From the human T2T-CHM13v2.0 reference genome, Homo sapiens, in the NCBI RefSeq assembly GCF_009914755.1, contig NC_060934.1: 64,000 nt of DNA; one strand, 5' to 3'. Positions 31,145 through 45,280 of this stretch are shown piece after piece. Position 1 is the first letter of the stretch. The number at the start of each line of letters is the position of its first letter. The position numbers were made by a program, and so were the translations under genes. The notes beneath the pieces are model-generated. The model did not search any database. It saw only the letters and a program-made list of their open reading frames with translations, and was not told the origin of the DNA.

Positions 31145-31431
31145 TTTTTTTGAGATGGAGTCTCGCTCTGTCGCCCAGGCTGGAGTGCAGTGGCGCGATC
31201 TCAGCTCACTGCAAGCTCCGCCTCCCGGGTTCAGCCATTCTCCTGCCTCAGCCTCCCAAGTAGCTGGGACCACAGGCGCCCGCCACCACGCCCGGCTAAT
31301 TTTTTGTATTTTTAGTAGAGATGGGGTTTCATCTTGTTAGCCAGGATGGTCTCGATCTCCTGACCTCGTGATCCGCCCGCCTAGGCCTCCCAAAGTTCTG
31401 GGATTACAGGCGTGAGCCACCTCACCCGGCC
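31145..31431 (-). mobile_element. AluY, young (many CpGs retained)
   Basis: Perfect 15-bp TSD AAGTCTACTCATATT at 31130 and 31432. Confidence 0.98.
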
Positions 31432-32057
31432 AAGTCTACTCATATTCTTTATTTCTTGAATCATTTTCGCTGGTTTATGTCTTTCCTGGACTTTATTCAT
31501 TTTAGTTTAGTTGTATAATTTGTTTACAAAATGTTCTTCATAATATTACCTCATGATCCTTTTAACTTCTGTAGGTGTGCTTGTGATGTCCCTCTCTTCA
31601 ACTTTAGGCTTTGGTAATTCGCATAATTTTTTCTTGATAAATGTAGCTAAAAATTTATAAAATCTGTTGTTCTTTTTAAAAATTTGAATTTGTTGATTTT
31701 TATCTGTGTTTTTGTTTTATATTTAGTTGATTTCTGTTCTCAAACTTATTTTCTTCTTCTGTTTGCTTTGTTTCATTTGCTCTTTTCTTTCTATTTTTTG
31801 TAGAGACATTTACATTACTTATTGAAAATTTTTCTTGTTTAGATATATGTGTTTTTCTAATATATGCATTTTAAGCTAAAAATTTCCCTTTATGTATGTG
31901 TTTAGCTGAATCCCATACATTTTGCTATATTGTGTTCATTCAGTTAAAATATTTTCTATTTCCATTGTGATTTCTTCTCTGTAATATGATATATATTTAA
32001 AAGTAAGTCTCTGTAATATTTAAATATTGGTGAGAGCATGAATTTTTATTTGCTGTT

Positions 32058-32411
32058 TGCCTTAATACATTCAGATTTTTATAACAAAATGTTATACATT
32101 GAGTGGTTTATAAATAACAGAAATTTATTTCTCATATTTCTTGAAATTGAAGAGTGCAAGATCAAGGCACCAGCAGATTCGGAGTTTGATGAGAGACTAC
32201 TTCCTGGTTCATAGATGGTGCCTTCTCACTGTGTCCTCACATGGCGGAAGGGGCAAACAAGATTTCTGAAGTCTCTTCAAGAACAGTAATTCCATTCATG
32301 AGAGCTCTGCCCACATGACCTAGTCACCTCCCAAAGGCCCTATCTCCCAGTAGGGAGTTAGGATTTCAGTGTACATATATTGGGTGAACAAAATCATTCA
32401 GATCATATACT
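32058..32411 (-). mobile_element. MLT1A0-like solo LTR
   Basis: ACAGAAATTTATTTCTCA..AAGATCAAGGCACCAGCAGATTCGG..CATTCAGATCATA. Confidence 0.85.
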
Positions 32412-32529
32412 ATTTTCATTTATATCCATTTGATACCCACTTCACTGATTTCAGTCTTTTTAAAGTTATTGAGAATTGTTCTGTGGCCTATGATATGTTT
32501 CATCCTCATGAATGTTCTAAGTGAACACT

Positions 32530-33478
32530 AAAGAAGACATATAAAGCATGAACAACTATGTGAAAAGATGTTCATCATTATTAATTATAAAGGAAATGCA
32601 AATCAGAACTACAATAAGATAACACTTCACATCTCAAGCTATTATTAAAAAATCAAAAGATAGCAGGTGTTGGTGAGAATGCAGAGAAATTGAAACCCTT
32701 GTTCCCCATTGGTGGGAATGCAAATTGATGCAAACTTTCTGGAAAACAGTATGCATGTTGCTTTAAAAATAAAAAATAAAACTATCATATAATCGAGGAA
32801 TATTACTTCTGGATGTATATCGAAGAGAATTAAGATCAGAAATTTGAAGCAATATCTGCACTCTCATGTTCATTGCAGCATTATTCCCAATAGCCAAAAT
32901 TGGAAACAGCCCAGTGTCCATTGGCAAATAAATAGATAAATAAAATATGGTATATATATACATATATGTAATGCAATATTACTTGGCCTTGAAAGAGTAA
33001 GAAATTCTGCCAATTGCTACAGCATGGTTGAAACTGGAGGACATTATGCTAAGTGAAATAAGCCAGTCACAGAAAGAAAAATATTGTGTGATTCTACTTA
33101 CATATTTGTAATGCTCAGACTAACAGAAACAGAATAAAATGGTGATTGCCGGGGCTAGGTATTAAAGAAACAGGGAGTTGTTCAATGTGTATGCTTCAGT
33201 TATAGTAGATGATTGAGTTCTAGAGGTATGCTGTACAATATGGTACATATAGTTAATAATATTGTATACTTCAAAGTTAAAGAGTAGATTTCATATTAAC
33301 ATTTTAAACCTACACATATCTAAACACAAACACACAAAATACAAATGAATCAAACATTTATTGTCTTGATTGTGGTGATGATATCACAGGTGTTTGTACA
33401 TGTTGAAACCCACCAAATGTGCACAGTAAATATGTACAGCTCTTTGTATATCAATTATGCCTCAATAAAGCTGTGCAG
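32530..33478 (+). mobile_element. L1MA 3' end
   Basis: ORF2 C-terminus plus 3' UTR ending CCTCAATAAAGCTG. Confidence 0.85.
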
Positions 33479-33579
33479 AAAAGAGCATACATTATTCTCT
33501 TGATAGATGGAATGTTTTATAAATATCAGTTTTTAAGTTGTTTCATGGTGCTGTTGAAGTGTTTTTATACATGTTAAAA

Positions 33580-34112
33580 TGAAAACCTATACAACATATG
33601 AATATACACGTTCCAAAAAATTTGTACAAGAAATATCATAGTAATTTTATTTATATGCCAAAACCTGAAAAAAACACAAATGTCTATCACCAGAAAGGTG
33701 TACAATAAGTTTTGATATATTCATACAATGAAATATGGCTCAGCTATAAAAATTAAAAACTATATCTGATACATTTAACTGTATAAATTAGCTTCAAAAA
33801 CATTGTGTTGAACAAGGAAAGCCATATGCAAGAGTGCACGCAATATTATAACATTTACATGAAAATTCTGGAACAGATACCCCTAATATATTGTGATAGA
33901 AATTATAGATGATTGCCTGCTTGGGGGGGAATGACTGAAATGGGACACAGGGATTTTTTCATTGGTGATGGAAAAGTAGTACATAATACTACTGGTATTA
34001 GTTTATGAGAAGTACAGAAGTACATATTTATCAAACTTCATCAAAATGTACAATTAAGATCTGTGTATATCACTATATATACCTTATTTCCATATACCAT
34101 ACAATTAAATAT
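33580..34112 (+). mobile_element. L1ME 3' end
   Basis: TATATTCATACAATGAAATA..TATTTATCAAACTTCATCAAAATGTAC. Confidence 0.65.
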
Positions 34113-36699
34113 AATATTGCTTGCTGTCATATAAAATTTGTGAAAATTTCCCCCAGTGTCTATTGAACACCCATAGTGATCTGAATTTAAATTTTCATAT
34201 GCTAACATTTTACATGTAAGAATTTAAATTAGATGGTGAGATCCATAAAGTTAGAAGTAAAGAGAACAAACATAAAAAGTGGAATTAGAGAACAAAAAAT
34301 ATTTACCTGTTTACTTTTCTGGGAATACAATTTTAAAGGAAAACAGTTCTTTTGAGTGTACATTTATGACAATAGCAGTCTCCCATACTGTGTTGTATTC
34401 CATAGGTAGTGTTGAGTGAAAGAGCTGTTTTATCTCATTCTAACATATTACTTATAGATTGTCATATTTTAAATGATTATTACGGTAAGTCTCTTTTTGT
34501 CAAAAAGGAGGTGAGTTTGAGAAGAATACTTTCTATTAGTGTGGTTGGCAGACCTCCTAGGTTACTGATATTATCAGTACTTTGAATTTTGACTTCACAC
34601 TGCATGTCATGGTGAGTTAACTAGCAGATTGCTTGATTTTATCTAATAGGAAGAATAACAGGCATATCAACATTTTTCAGGTATTAGACACAAGGATATA
34701 ATTCCATGAGCCACCTGAGGATAACACTCAAGGTGGATAAATAAATAATGCAGTCTCAATTATTGAAGAAACATGACATAAAATTTAAGAGGAGAAAATC
34801 AAATTTCTCACAAACTAATAAGTCAATATATAAATATCATAGCAATGTCAAAAAACATTTATTTGTCACCTATTCCATTCATTCTGACAACACAGGAAGT
34901 TTTAAAAATGTATGAAGATTCATTCCTGCACTCAACGCATTTCTTTTCCCCTATGTCATTATGTACCCTAGGTGTGGCATTAGGTCTCATTACAAAAAAG
35001 AGCTTTAATATGAGTCAGTATATAAAATGCTGCAGATGTGAAAAATCAAATGCTATGTGGCATGAGAAAGGAAGATAGAACATTTTCCTCTTTGCTGATG
35101 AGGGTAGATTTTACAGAGTTGGTAAAATGCCAGCTTCTCCTTCAAGTAGGGCTACTCTTCAGCCAGGACACACCCACAAGTCCCTACCCAATGTCAAAAT
35201 GGTGAATTGTTATATTTGCCAAATAGCCACTGTCCCAAGCCTTCATATAACATCCTTCTCCTGCCACCCAGATACCCTAGGTTAACCTCTGAGACTCGAA
35301 AATTTCCCAGCATTTATAAACAAAATGATCAATGCCTGGAAAGCATGTATTCTAGGACTCTGTTCCAGTGCTCTGGCCTTTGTCTATTTGTATTAGAACA
35401 TACCTTTGAAGCAGCATTTGTCGGATGCTTTGGATATATTACTTCTGCCTTTAAAGACGTACATTAATCCAAGTAAGTGAGAATAATAGGACTCCAAGCA
35501 GAAAGCATAAGACGGCTAAAAGCATGTGTGCTATTCTATATTGGGAAGAGACTGTAAGTGGAAATACTCATGGATTATCCATGTTGAGGCAAATTTATTT
35601 CATAGCAGAGAAGAACTACGATGATAGTGATGCTACAAGAAGAACACTCTTATGAAAGCACAATAATTTATTGAAAAATGATAAGAAGCAAAATGATGTA
35701 ATTTGCTGATGTTTCCAAAAGAATTACGTTGAAACTCATATTGTGTTAGACTTATATTTAAGTAACTCATATTTTTGGAGCTACTGTAAATTGTACTTAA
35801 AATATTCAATTTTTAATTGTTTATTGCTAGTATATAGAAAAACAATTGATTATGGATTATTGATCTTATATACTGTAATTTTGCTTAAGACATTATTTCT
35901 AGGAAGATTTATTTCTATTGATTCCTTGGGGTTTTCTACATAGACATTCATGTGGTCTGTATATAGAGTTTTGTTTCTTTCTTTACAAGCTGTCTGCCTT
36001 TTACGTCTATTGTCTTATTGCACCAAATATGACTTTCACTTGATTCTTCTTTCAGCTCAAATCCACTGCTTATTCTGCTATATGGAAGATGTAGTTCTAT
36101 ATGGCTATATCATTCACAAGCCTCATAGCCTGAGATACCCCTAAGCCTTGTAACTTTTATTAATGGTTCAATGATATGCACTTCAGGATTGGGATATTTA
36201 CTTCTAGGATAATAATCAATTTTCTTCAAGCTCTAATGAGTCAGATATCAGCTCTTAACTATCCTATTTTTCTTCCATATTTCCTAATATTTAATAAATA
36301 TTGTCAATGCTTTAAGAGCAAAGCTGTTGTCTTGATTTAAAAGTAGAATCTTTTTTCTGTTTTTTATTCCTTGTGTTGTTTTGCATAGGTATTAAATAAA
36401 GGAGGTGAAATAAAAAATGTCTTTAGTCTGCCATGTTTAATTTACAGTAAAATATCTCTATTCCAGGATTACTTTAAATATTATATATAAGTGGATTCAT
36501 TTTCATGTCCTTGCAAATAAATTAGCTTTTTTTAATTGAAAAGATAAGAGTTTTATCTATACCTACCCTCACGGTCAAGTAAATGTGTTAAAGAGTATTA
36601 TAGCATCCATTATGTAAATGAAATAAACCCATTTTTCTGCATTTCTGAATTGCAATTTGTAAATATCAAATTATTAAAACATAAACTTTTTAAAAATAG

Positions 36700-37200
36700 C
36701 AGATAAGAGTGTGATATTAAAAGGATACAAGACTTAATTTAAATAAGATGGCCAAAGATCTGTCTGAAGATGTATCAACTAGCCATGGGATGGTTTCAGA
36801 AAGAGAAAACAGCCTGTTGTACTATCGAACATTATATTTTATTTATTCTAACTATATTTTTGTACCTATTAACCATTTCTCCTATATAGTTATGTTTCTA
36901 AACAAATGATAAATCCTTGAGATGATGGATACCCTAGTTACCCTGATTTGATCATTACATATTGTATGCCTATATCAAAACATCACATGCACCCATAAAT
37001 ATGTATAAATAATATATATCCATAACAATTATTAAAAATTAAAATAAGGATTGAAAAGAGAAAACAGTTGCATGTGCAAAGTCCTTGAGGCAAGAAGAGC
37101 TTTGCAATTCTAGAAAACTGAAAGAACAATATGACAATAGTATTGTAATTGAAAAAGCAAAATCTGCAAGAAATCATGAACAGGCAACATCAAGCCAGAC
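36700..37200 (-). mobile_element. L2 fragment interrupted by a small L1MA
   Basis: CATGTGCAAAAGTCCTTGAGGCAAGAAGAGC. Confidence 0.55.
36813..37054 (+). mobile_element. Short L1MA 3' UTR insert with 5' inversion
   Basis: 13-bp TSD AAAGAGAAAACAG at 36800 and 37055; 36813-36882 antisense, remainder sense. Confidence 0.85.
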
Positions 37201-37239
37201 TTGAAGGTCATAACTAAATTTAAAAAAATAGATAGGCAT

Positions 37240-37297
37240 CCTCATACTTGTTTACGTTTTTATTGTGAAGAAATTCACATAAATAGAATGCTCAAAT

Positions 37298-37328
<31 letters not shown>

Positions 37329-38840
37329 GTCCCATATACCAGTCAGCTTCAATAACTATCAACATTTTGCATCTTTGTGTAATCTCTGACTCCATTCACT
37401 CCCCTTGCTCATTCAATTAATTTAGATTAAAATGTATAAAATATTTAGATGTTTACTATATCTTTGAAAAAGTATGTATCCATGTTACACAGACCCCCTT
37501 TAATAAATAAAATATTAACATCACCTCATAAATTCTCTCCTGCCTTGCTCTTGCTGGGTCCATGTCCCACCCTACACACATAAACATATACACAAAGGCA
37601 AATTTTGTTATAATTTTTTCACCATACAGTAGTTTTGCTCATTCCAGGATATCATATCAATGTAATCACACATATGCCATTTTTTGGCATTGTTCACTAT
37701 CAATAACGCTTTTGAGATTTATTCCTGTTGTTGTGTATCTCAGAAGGTAATTATTTTCTATTTCCAGGGTAGCACCCTATTGTATGAGTGTACCAGAGTT
37801 TATTTATCCACTTTCTATTGGTACAATTTTAGATTTTTCCAACTTTGCATTATAAATAAAGTTGCTGTAATTAGTATTTTGCAAGTCTTGTTATGAACAT
37901 ATGTTTTAAACTTTATTATCATAAAATGCTTAGAAATGCAATTGCCAGTTCTCAGGGTTTAAGTATATTTAACTTTATAAGAAACTGTTAGAAAATATTC
38001 CAAAATGGATAGGCTGTTTTATACTCTCCCTGGAAAAGTAAAAGAGTTCCAGTTGCTTCACTTGCCAAATTTCGTGTAGTAAGACTTTTAATTTTAGCAA
38101 CTCTACTGGGTGTTTATAATTTTAGAAACTCTTCTGGGTCTTAGTTCATTTTGCTTTTACTTTTTACTTCCCTGATGACTAAAGATGATACTTACTATTT
38201 TTCATATGCTTATTAAACATTTGTGTATCATTCTTTCTGCAATATCTATACAAGTCATTTGGCTTTTTAACTTGGTTGTCTTTTTTAATATTGAGATGTA
38301 GAAGTTATTTATATATTCTGTATGCAAGTCTTTTGTCAGGTATATGTATAATATCTATATTTTCCCTGACTATGGCTTGTCTATATTAACTGTTGTAAGG
38401 TATCTTTGAATAGGTAGTAGGTTTTCATTGTGATGTAATCTATTATTTTTATTTTGTATTTATTGTTTATTTTGTTTTCTTTAGAAAATTTTTGCCTATT
38501 CACAGTTGTAAAGACTTAAACTTACATCTATATAGTTTTAATTTATACAGTTACATCAATAATCCATCACAAATTAATTAGTGTTTATAGGGTGGCATTT
38601 ATTAATATGTCCAATATTGTCCATATGGATATCCAGTTGAATCTGCATCATTTGTTGAAAAGACTACATTGTCTCATTGAATTGTGTCTCCTTAATTGAA
38701 AATCACCCGATAATGTATTTGTGGTTCTATTTCTACATTATGTTCACATTGATCTATTTTTCTATCCTTATTTCAATACCATACTCTAAGAATTATTGTA
38801 GATTTTTTGTGTAACTTGAATTGAGGAAGTATAAGTTCTA
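37240..38840 (-). mobile_element. L1MC/ME 3' region
   Basis: TTTGAGATTTATTCCTGTTGTTG; CCATATGGATATCCAGTTG. Confidence 0.7.
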
Positions 38841-38849
38841 TAAGAGATC

Positions 38850-40790
38850 CTCCCATAAAATAGCTTTAAAATCTCAATTGAAAAAACAGCAAACAAAGGC
38901 ACTGGAGAATGAAAAATATATATATATTTCAGACCAAAGTTGACAGCTGAAAAAGAGACCACCACACAATGTCACCTATTTTATGGCTTTCAGTCTGAGA
39001 ATAGATCAAGTAGGCACCACATGGTTGGGCTAAAAGTCTGATAAAAAACTTCCAGTCTTTATGGACTGAAAAACGAGAAAATAAAAGTTAGAATAACCAC
39101 GGTTGCTAAAAATGAACAAGAAATCCTGGAAAGAACACATCTCGAGTGGAGGAGTTCAAATTGTGTGAATAATATTTGCTCAAATTTCTTGCTAACACTT
39201 GAACCATAAATCTGTAAGGGCAGAATGAAGGCAGTGCAACTGAAGAGTAAACAAATCAACTTATATTTGGTTTGCCAGTTGAGACACAGAGTTTCCAATT
39301 AGAATATAAACACATTAATTGCACAAAATATGAAAACATCAAAATTCTTCGGGTTGTGTAACATAATCCAACACTTCTGTAAAATATTATTCACAATTTC
39401 AAGACATAATTCACAATCACATAACATTCAAAAAGTAGGAAAATGTAATCTAGTCTCCACGGAAAAGATGATTTATGAAGACCAATCCCATGATGAACAA
39501 TGTATTAGAATATGCAGACAAGTATTTTATATCATCTACTATTTGTTCAAAGAAGTAGATAAAATATGTTTTCAATAAAGTAAATAAAAGAAAATTTCAA
39601 CCAACAAATAAAAACTAAAAATACTGAATGGTAATTTTAGAACTAAAAATTAAGTATCTAAAATAAAGTCCCTTGAGATCTTAAATACTAAATGCAAATA
39701 ATACAAAGTTTTTCATTGAACATGAAGATAGATCCATTGAAACTGAAGAGAGGAGAGAAATACGATTGACAAAAAATGAACAGAGCCTGAGGGATCTGTG
39801 GAACAATATTAGACAAATTATGACATGTAATTCAAGTCAAAGAAGAAAAGAAGATAAAGAATGAAGTAAACAAAAGCAATTGATGATATGATGGTAAAAA
39901 TCTTTCCAAACTTAAGAAATGACATTAGCTTTTAGATTTAAAAGGCTCAGTAAATCCTGAAAAGTAGGGTAAATATAAAGAGAAACATGGTTAGGAACAT
40001 CAATAAAAGGCTGAAAACCAAAGAGTAAAATAAAACCTTGAAAGCAAATAAAAACCACATCAAGTTACATAAAAGAAAACACCAATTTACATGATTGCTT
40101 ACTTACCAACTAGTAACTATGGAAGTTAAAAAGTAATAGGAAAGAGGTTTACAGAAAAATATTGCCTAGACAGTATTAATATATACGACAAAAGTGTTCT
40201 TCAAGAATGGAGGCAAATACACACATCTTCAGATAGGTGAAACTAAAAAGTTCACCACCAGAAAACCTGCATTATAAGTGTGGGTATATATATATATTTT
40301 TTTCTCTGTATGTTTATATAGGAGAATGTAAAAGAGAAATTGTCATTTTATTATATATGTAGACATAGTATTTATAATGTAACTCCCATAAATAGATGTA
40401 ATATATGTATATGTAGCATATGTATATATGATACATGTGATATTTATAACATTAAATACAGGAATATTAAATAGACCTAAAATTGCAAAGTTTCTTCATC
40501 ATATAGGACCTAGAACAACATTAACTTTAAATAGAGTGTGAAGTTTAAAAATTGATATTTTAATACCTCAAGCAATTAAAAATAATCCAAGGGGTAGAAC
40601 TAAAAGCCCATAGAGAAATTAAAATGGAATTCTAAAATTTATTCCAATGATACTAAAAAAGACAGAAGAAGGACAAAGAAACAGAAGACAGAGGGTCTAG
40701 CCAAAAACAAAAAATAAAATACATCTAAATTTAACAATTAAAAAATTGCATTAAATGTTAGTGGACAAAAAGTTCATAAATTTTACAAAT
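38850..40790 (+). mobile_element. L1M 5' region, ORF1 and inter-ORF
   Basis: AAAATGAACAGAGCCTGAGGGATCTGTGGAACAATAT and further ORF1 phrases. Confidence 0.7.
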
Positions 40791-41700
40791 GAACTTAACA
40801 ATTTCTGTGTTTAAAAAGACTGCTGAAATAATGATTGAGGTTTTGTTAAATCTTGATCAATGTGTATTTTAACAATGTTGATTCATCTAATGAATGTAAA
40901 TGAACATGGTATATTACACTATATTTTCTTTAAATTCTCTCATTTTTAGTGTTCAATATAAAAGTCTTTTCTCAATTATATTATGACTTTTGGTGACATT
41001 GTAAATGAAGTTCCATTTTAACTTTATTTTTAAGTTGTTTGTTACTGCTCTATAGAAATACTTATTTTTTTTTTTTTTTACATATTTACCTTGTACTCTG
41101 AGACAATATAAATTCACATAATAGTTTTGGTAGATTTTAATGTTAATCTCTTAGGATTTCTATATAAATAAACATATCATTTAAGAATGAGGACAGAGGT
41201 TTTTTCTACTATTTTCTCAAATCCTTGTGTCAGTTATTTCCTTTTCTTTCCTTGTTGCAATGCTTAGAAGTTCCAATACAATTTTCAGTAAAAGTGCCAA
41301 AGGCAGACATTCATAAGGAGTTTCTGATCTGGGTAGGAAAATGTTCATTCTCTCATCATTAGGTTGATATTCATTATTGTATTTGTTATTGTTATTTGTT
41401 TCAGGTGCCCTTAATAATACTGAGGCCAGGTCCTTTATTTCCAGTTTCTCAAGAGTTTTTAATCATGGCTTGGTTTTCCATTTTGTCAAGGGCATTTTTA
41501 GCAAGGTTTGAGGTGATGAAATTTTGTCGTGGTTGTTTTATTTAGTTTGTTATTTTAGTCTGTTGGGTGTTAAAATACAGTCATGGCTCTCTCATACAGT
41601 CTGTTAATATTATGAACTACATCAATTGACTTTCAAATGTTGAACCAACTTTAGATTCCTGAGGTAAATCACACTTTTACTTTCTACTATGATTTTAATA
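40790..41700 (-). mobile_element. L1M ORF2 fragment
   Basis: TTCAAATGTTGAACCAACTTTAGATTCCTG. Confidence 0.65.
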
Positions 41701-42784
41701 CAGTAATCTAGTGCATTTGTCATTCTCCAGTGCCTTAAAAATGTTGTATTTTATCTATTTATCCACCATTTAATATTATTATCAGATAAAAGGGTTAGTC
41801 TAACCAATCTATTCAGTGACTAGATTCAAAACCGTGAGTAGACTTTGTGTGAAGCTCAGTGAAAAACCATTGAAGTATCACTTTCAATAGTGATGCCATG
41901 TTATTTCAGACCAATATCAGCTTTGCTAAGATAGGAAAACAAGTCCTTAACTTAAAAAAACTTATGTTTGAATAGATTTTTTAAATAATATTCAATCATT
42001 AACAACAGGTCTTTAAACCTCAAAATAGCAAAATACTATTTTGCAAAAATAAAACAATATTCGCATGCCATCAGTTTTATTTAATTATTTAAGTTACAAA
42101 TATATATCAATTAAAATGTGTTATCTTATCAAACTGAAATAAAGTGGACATCTCACTTCTTACTATTTTTAATTCTTGTGTTCTATTTGGGGTTCTTAAC
42201 ATATTAATTGTATTCTACTTATAAAAGACCTTGCATATATTTGGTGAGCTATACTAATACTGTTCTTCACTGACGGCAATTTTTACATACATGAATCACC
42301 AGAAAATATTTATTTTAGTTATAATTTTCAGTCTTTACTTTTAAATGTCTCAGTCTCTAAAGAAGAAGAAACAAACTCTCTAATTGTAACTCTAAAATCC
42401 CAAAATCTCACAGAAAAAGAAACATGATTTTCAATCAGTTTTTACTGCCTTTAGGGCACACTCTAATATGGTTATATAAGATTAGATGTTATTTTTCTCA
42501 GATGTCACAGATTTAGGAGTTCAGGTAATCCTTATTTTGAGTAGTATAGTAAATTTTAAATACGTGAAGTATGATTAAGAATGGGATATGATATTTAAAA
42601 GTTCAAATACATTATACAATAAGTGTAGTTCTTGTAAAACATGTCTATTGCTAACATCTGTTATCACACAATTCTTCCTTATCCAAAATATACCACATAT
42701 TAGAAACCACTTCAAATTACAGTATTATAGTACCATTATTTCCTGTCCATTAAAATTCATTACAAATACATGTAAAGAAAAGGA

Positions 42785-44362
<1,578 letters not shown>

Positions 44363-45016
44363 ATAGAGAAATATTAACTGAGGAAAACTCTAGGTATCAT
44401 TCAGACCCCAGCATTTGTTTTGAACTTTTCCTCACAAAATAAAAAGAGATTTAAGTCAGCATGATTTTTATATTTAGATATAAAAATCAAGGATGGCAAT
44501 TGTGAGAGGGTCAATACCCAGAAAATCTGACCAGGATTACATTTTTACTAAATCTTATGAGCCAACAAGTTTATATTTTTTCCGTCCTTGTTATAAAAAA
44601 AAAAAAAAAAAAAAAAACAAGTTCAGATTCTATTGGATTTTTACAATAAGAAATTCTATCTTTAAGGTCCATTACCTTCACCCCCTTTTTATGTTTTTTT
44701 CTAGGAATCCCCAGGTGATTCATACATTTCCACAAACCCAGAGTCAGCCAGTCTTCTAATTCTATTCTTTACTATCAAGTTAACAGACACCTTCCTTCAG
44801 AGGTTGCTGCCATTATCATCAGGAATAAATTACCACCCTGGCAAGCTTTAGTTCTGTTCTTACACTGATATAGAAACTAAATTGTGACTTCATATAAGTA
44901 AGGTGCATAGGACTTTACAAATAATGCAGTGACTTTACACAGGACTTTACCAAATATTTTATGATGATGGAAGGGAACAGAAGGACAATAAAGCCATTTT
45001 ACTGGCTAGATATGGC

Positions 45017-45019
<3 letters not shown>

Positions 45020-45047
<28 letters not shown>

Positions 45048-45280
45048 GGAGACGGAGTCTCACTCTGTCACCCCGGCTGGAGTGCAGTGGCGCGATATGG
45101 GCTCACTGCAACCTCTGCTTCCTGGGTTCAAGTGATCCTCTGGAGTAGCTGGGATTACAGGTGTCTGCCACCACACCCGGCTAATTTTTGTATTTTTAGT
45201 AGAGACAGGGTTTCACCATGTTGGCCAGGCTGGTCTTGAACTCCTGACTTCAGGTGATCCACCCGCCTCCACCTCTGCCA
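45020..45280 (-). mobile_element. AluS, 5'-truncated
   Basis: T28 tail followed by GAGACGGAGTCTCACTCTGTCACC. Confidence 0.93.

Larger units (their letters stand above)
29640..32520 (-). mobile_element. L1M ORF2 fragments containing AluY and MLT1A0
   Basis: Continuous antisense ORF2 phrases (TCTTTGTCAAAAATCAATTG, GCATCTATGTTCATGAGGATATT). Confidence 0.8.
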
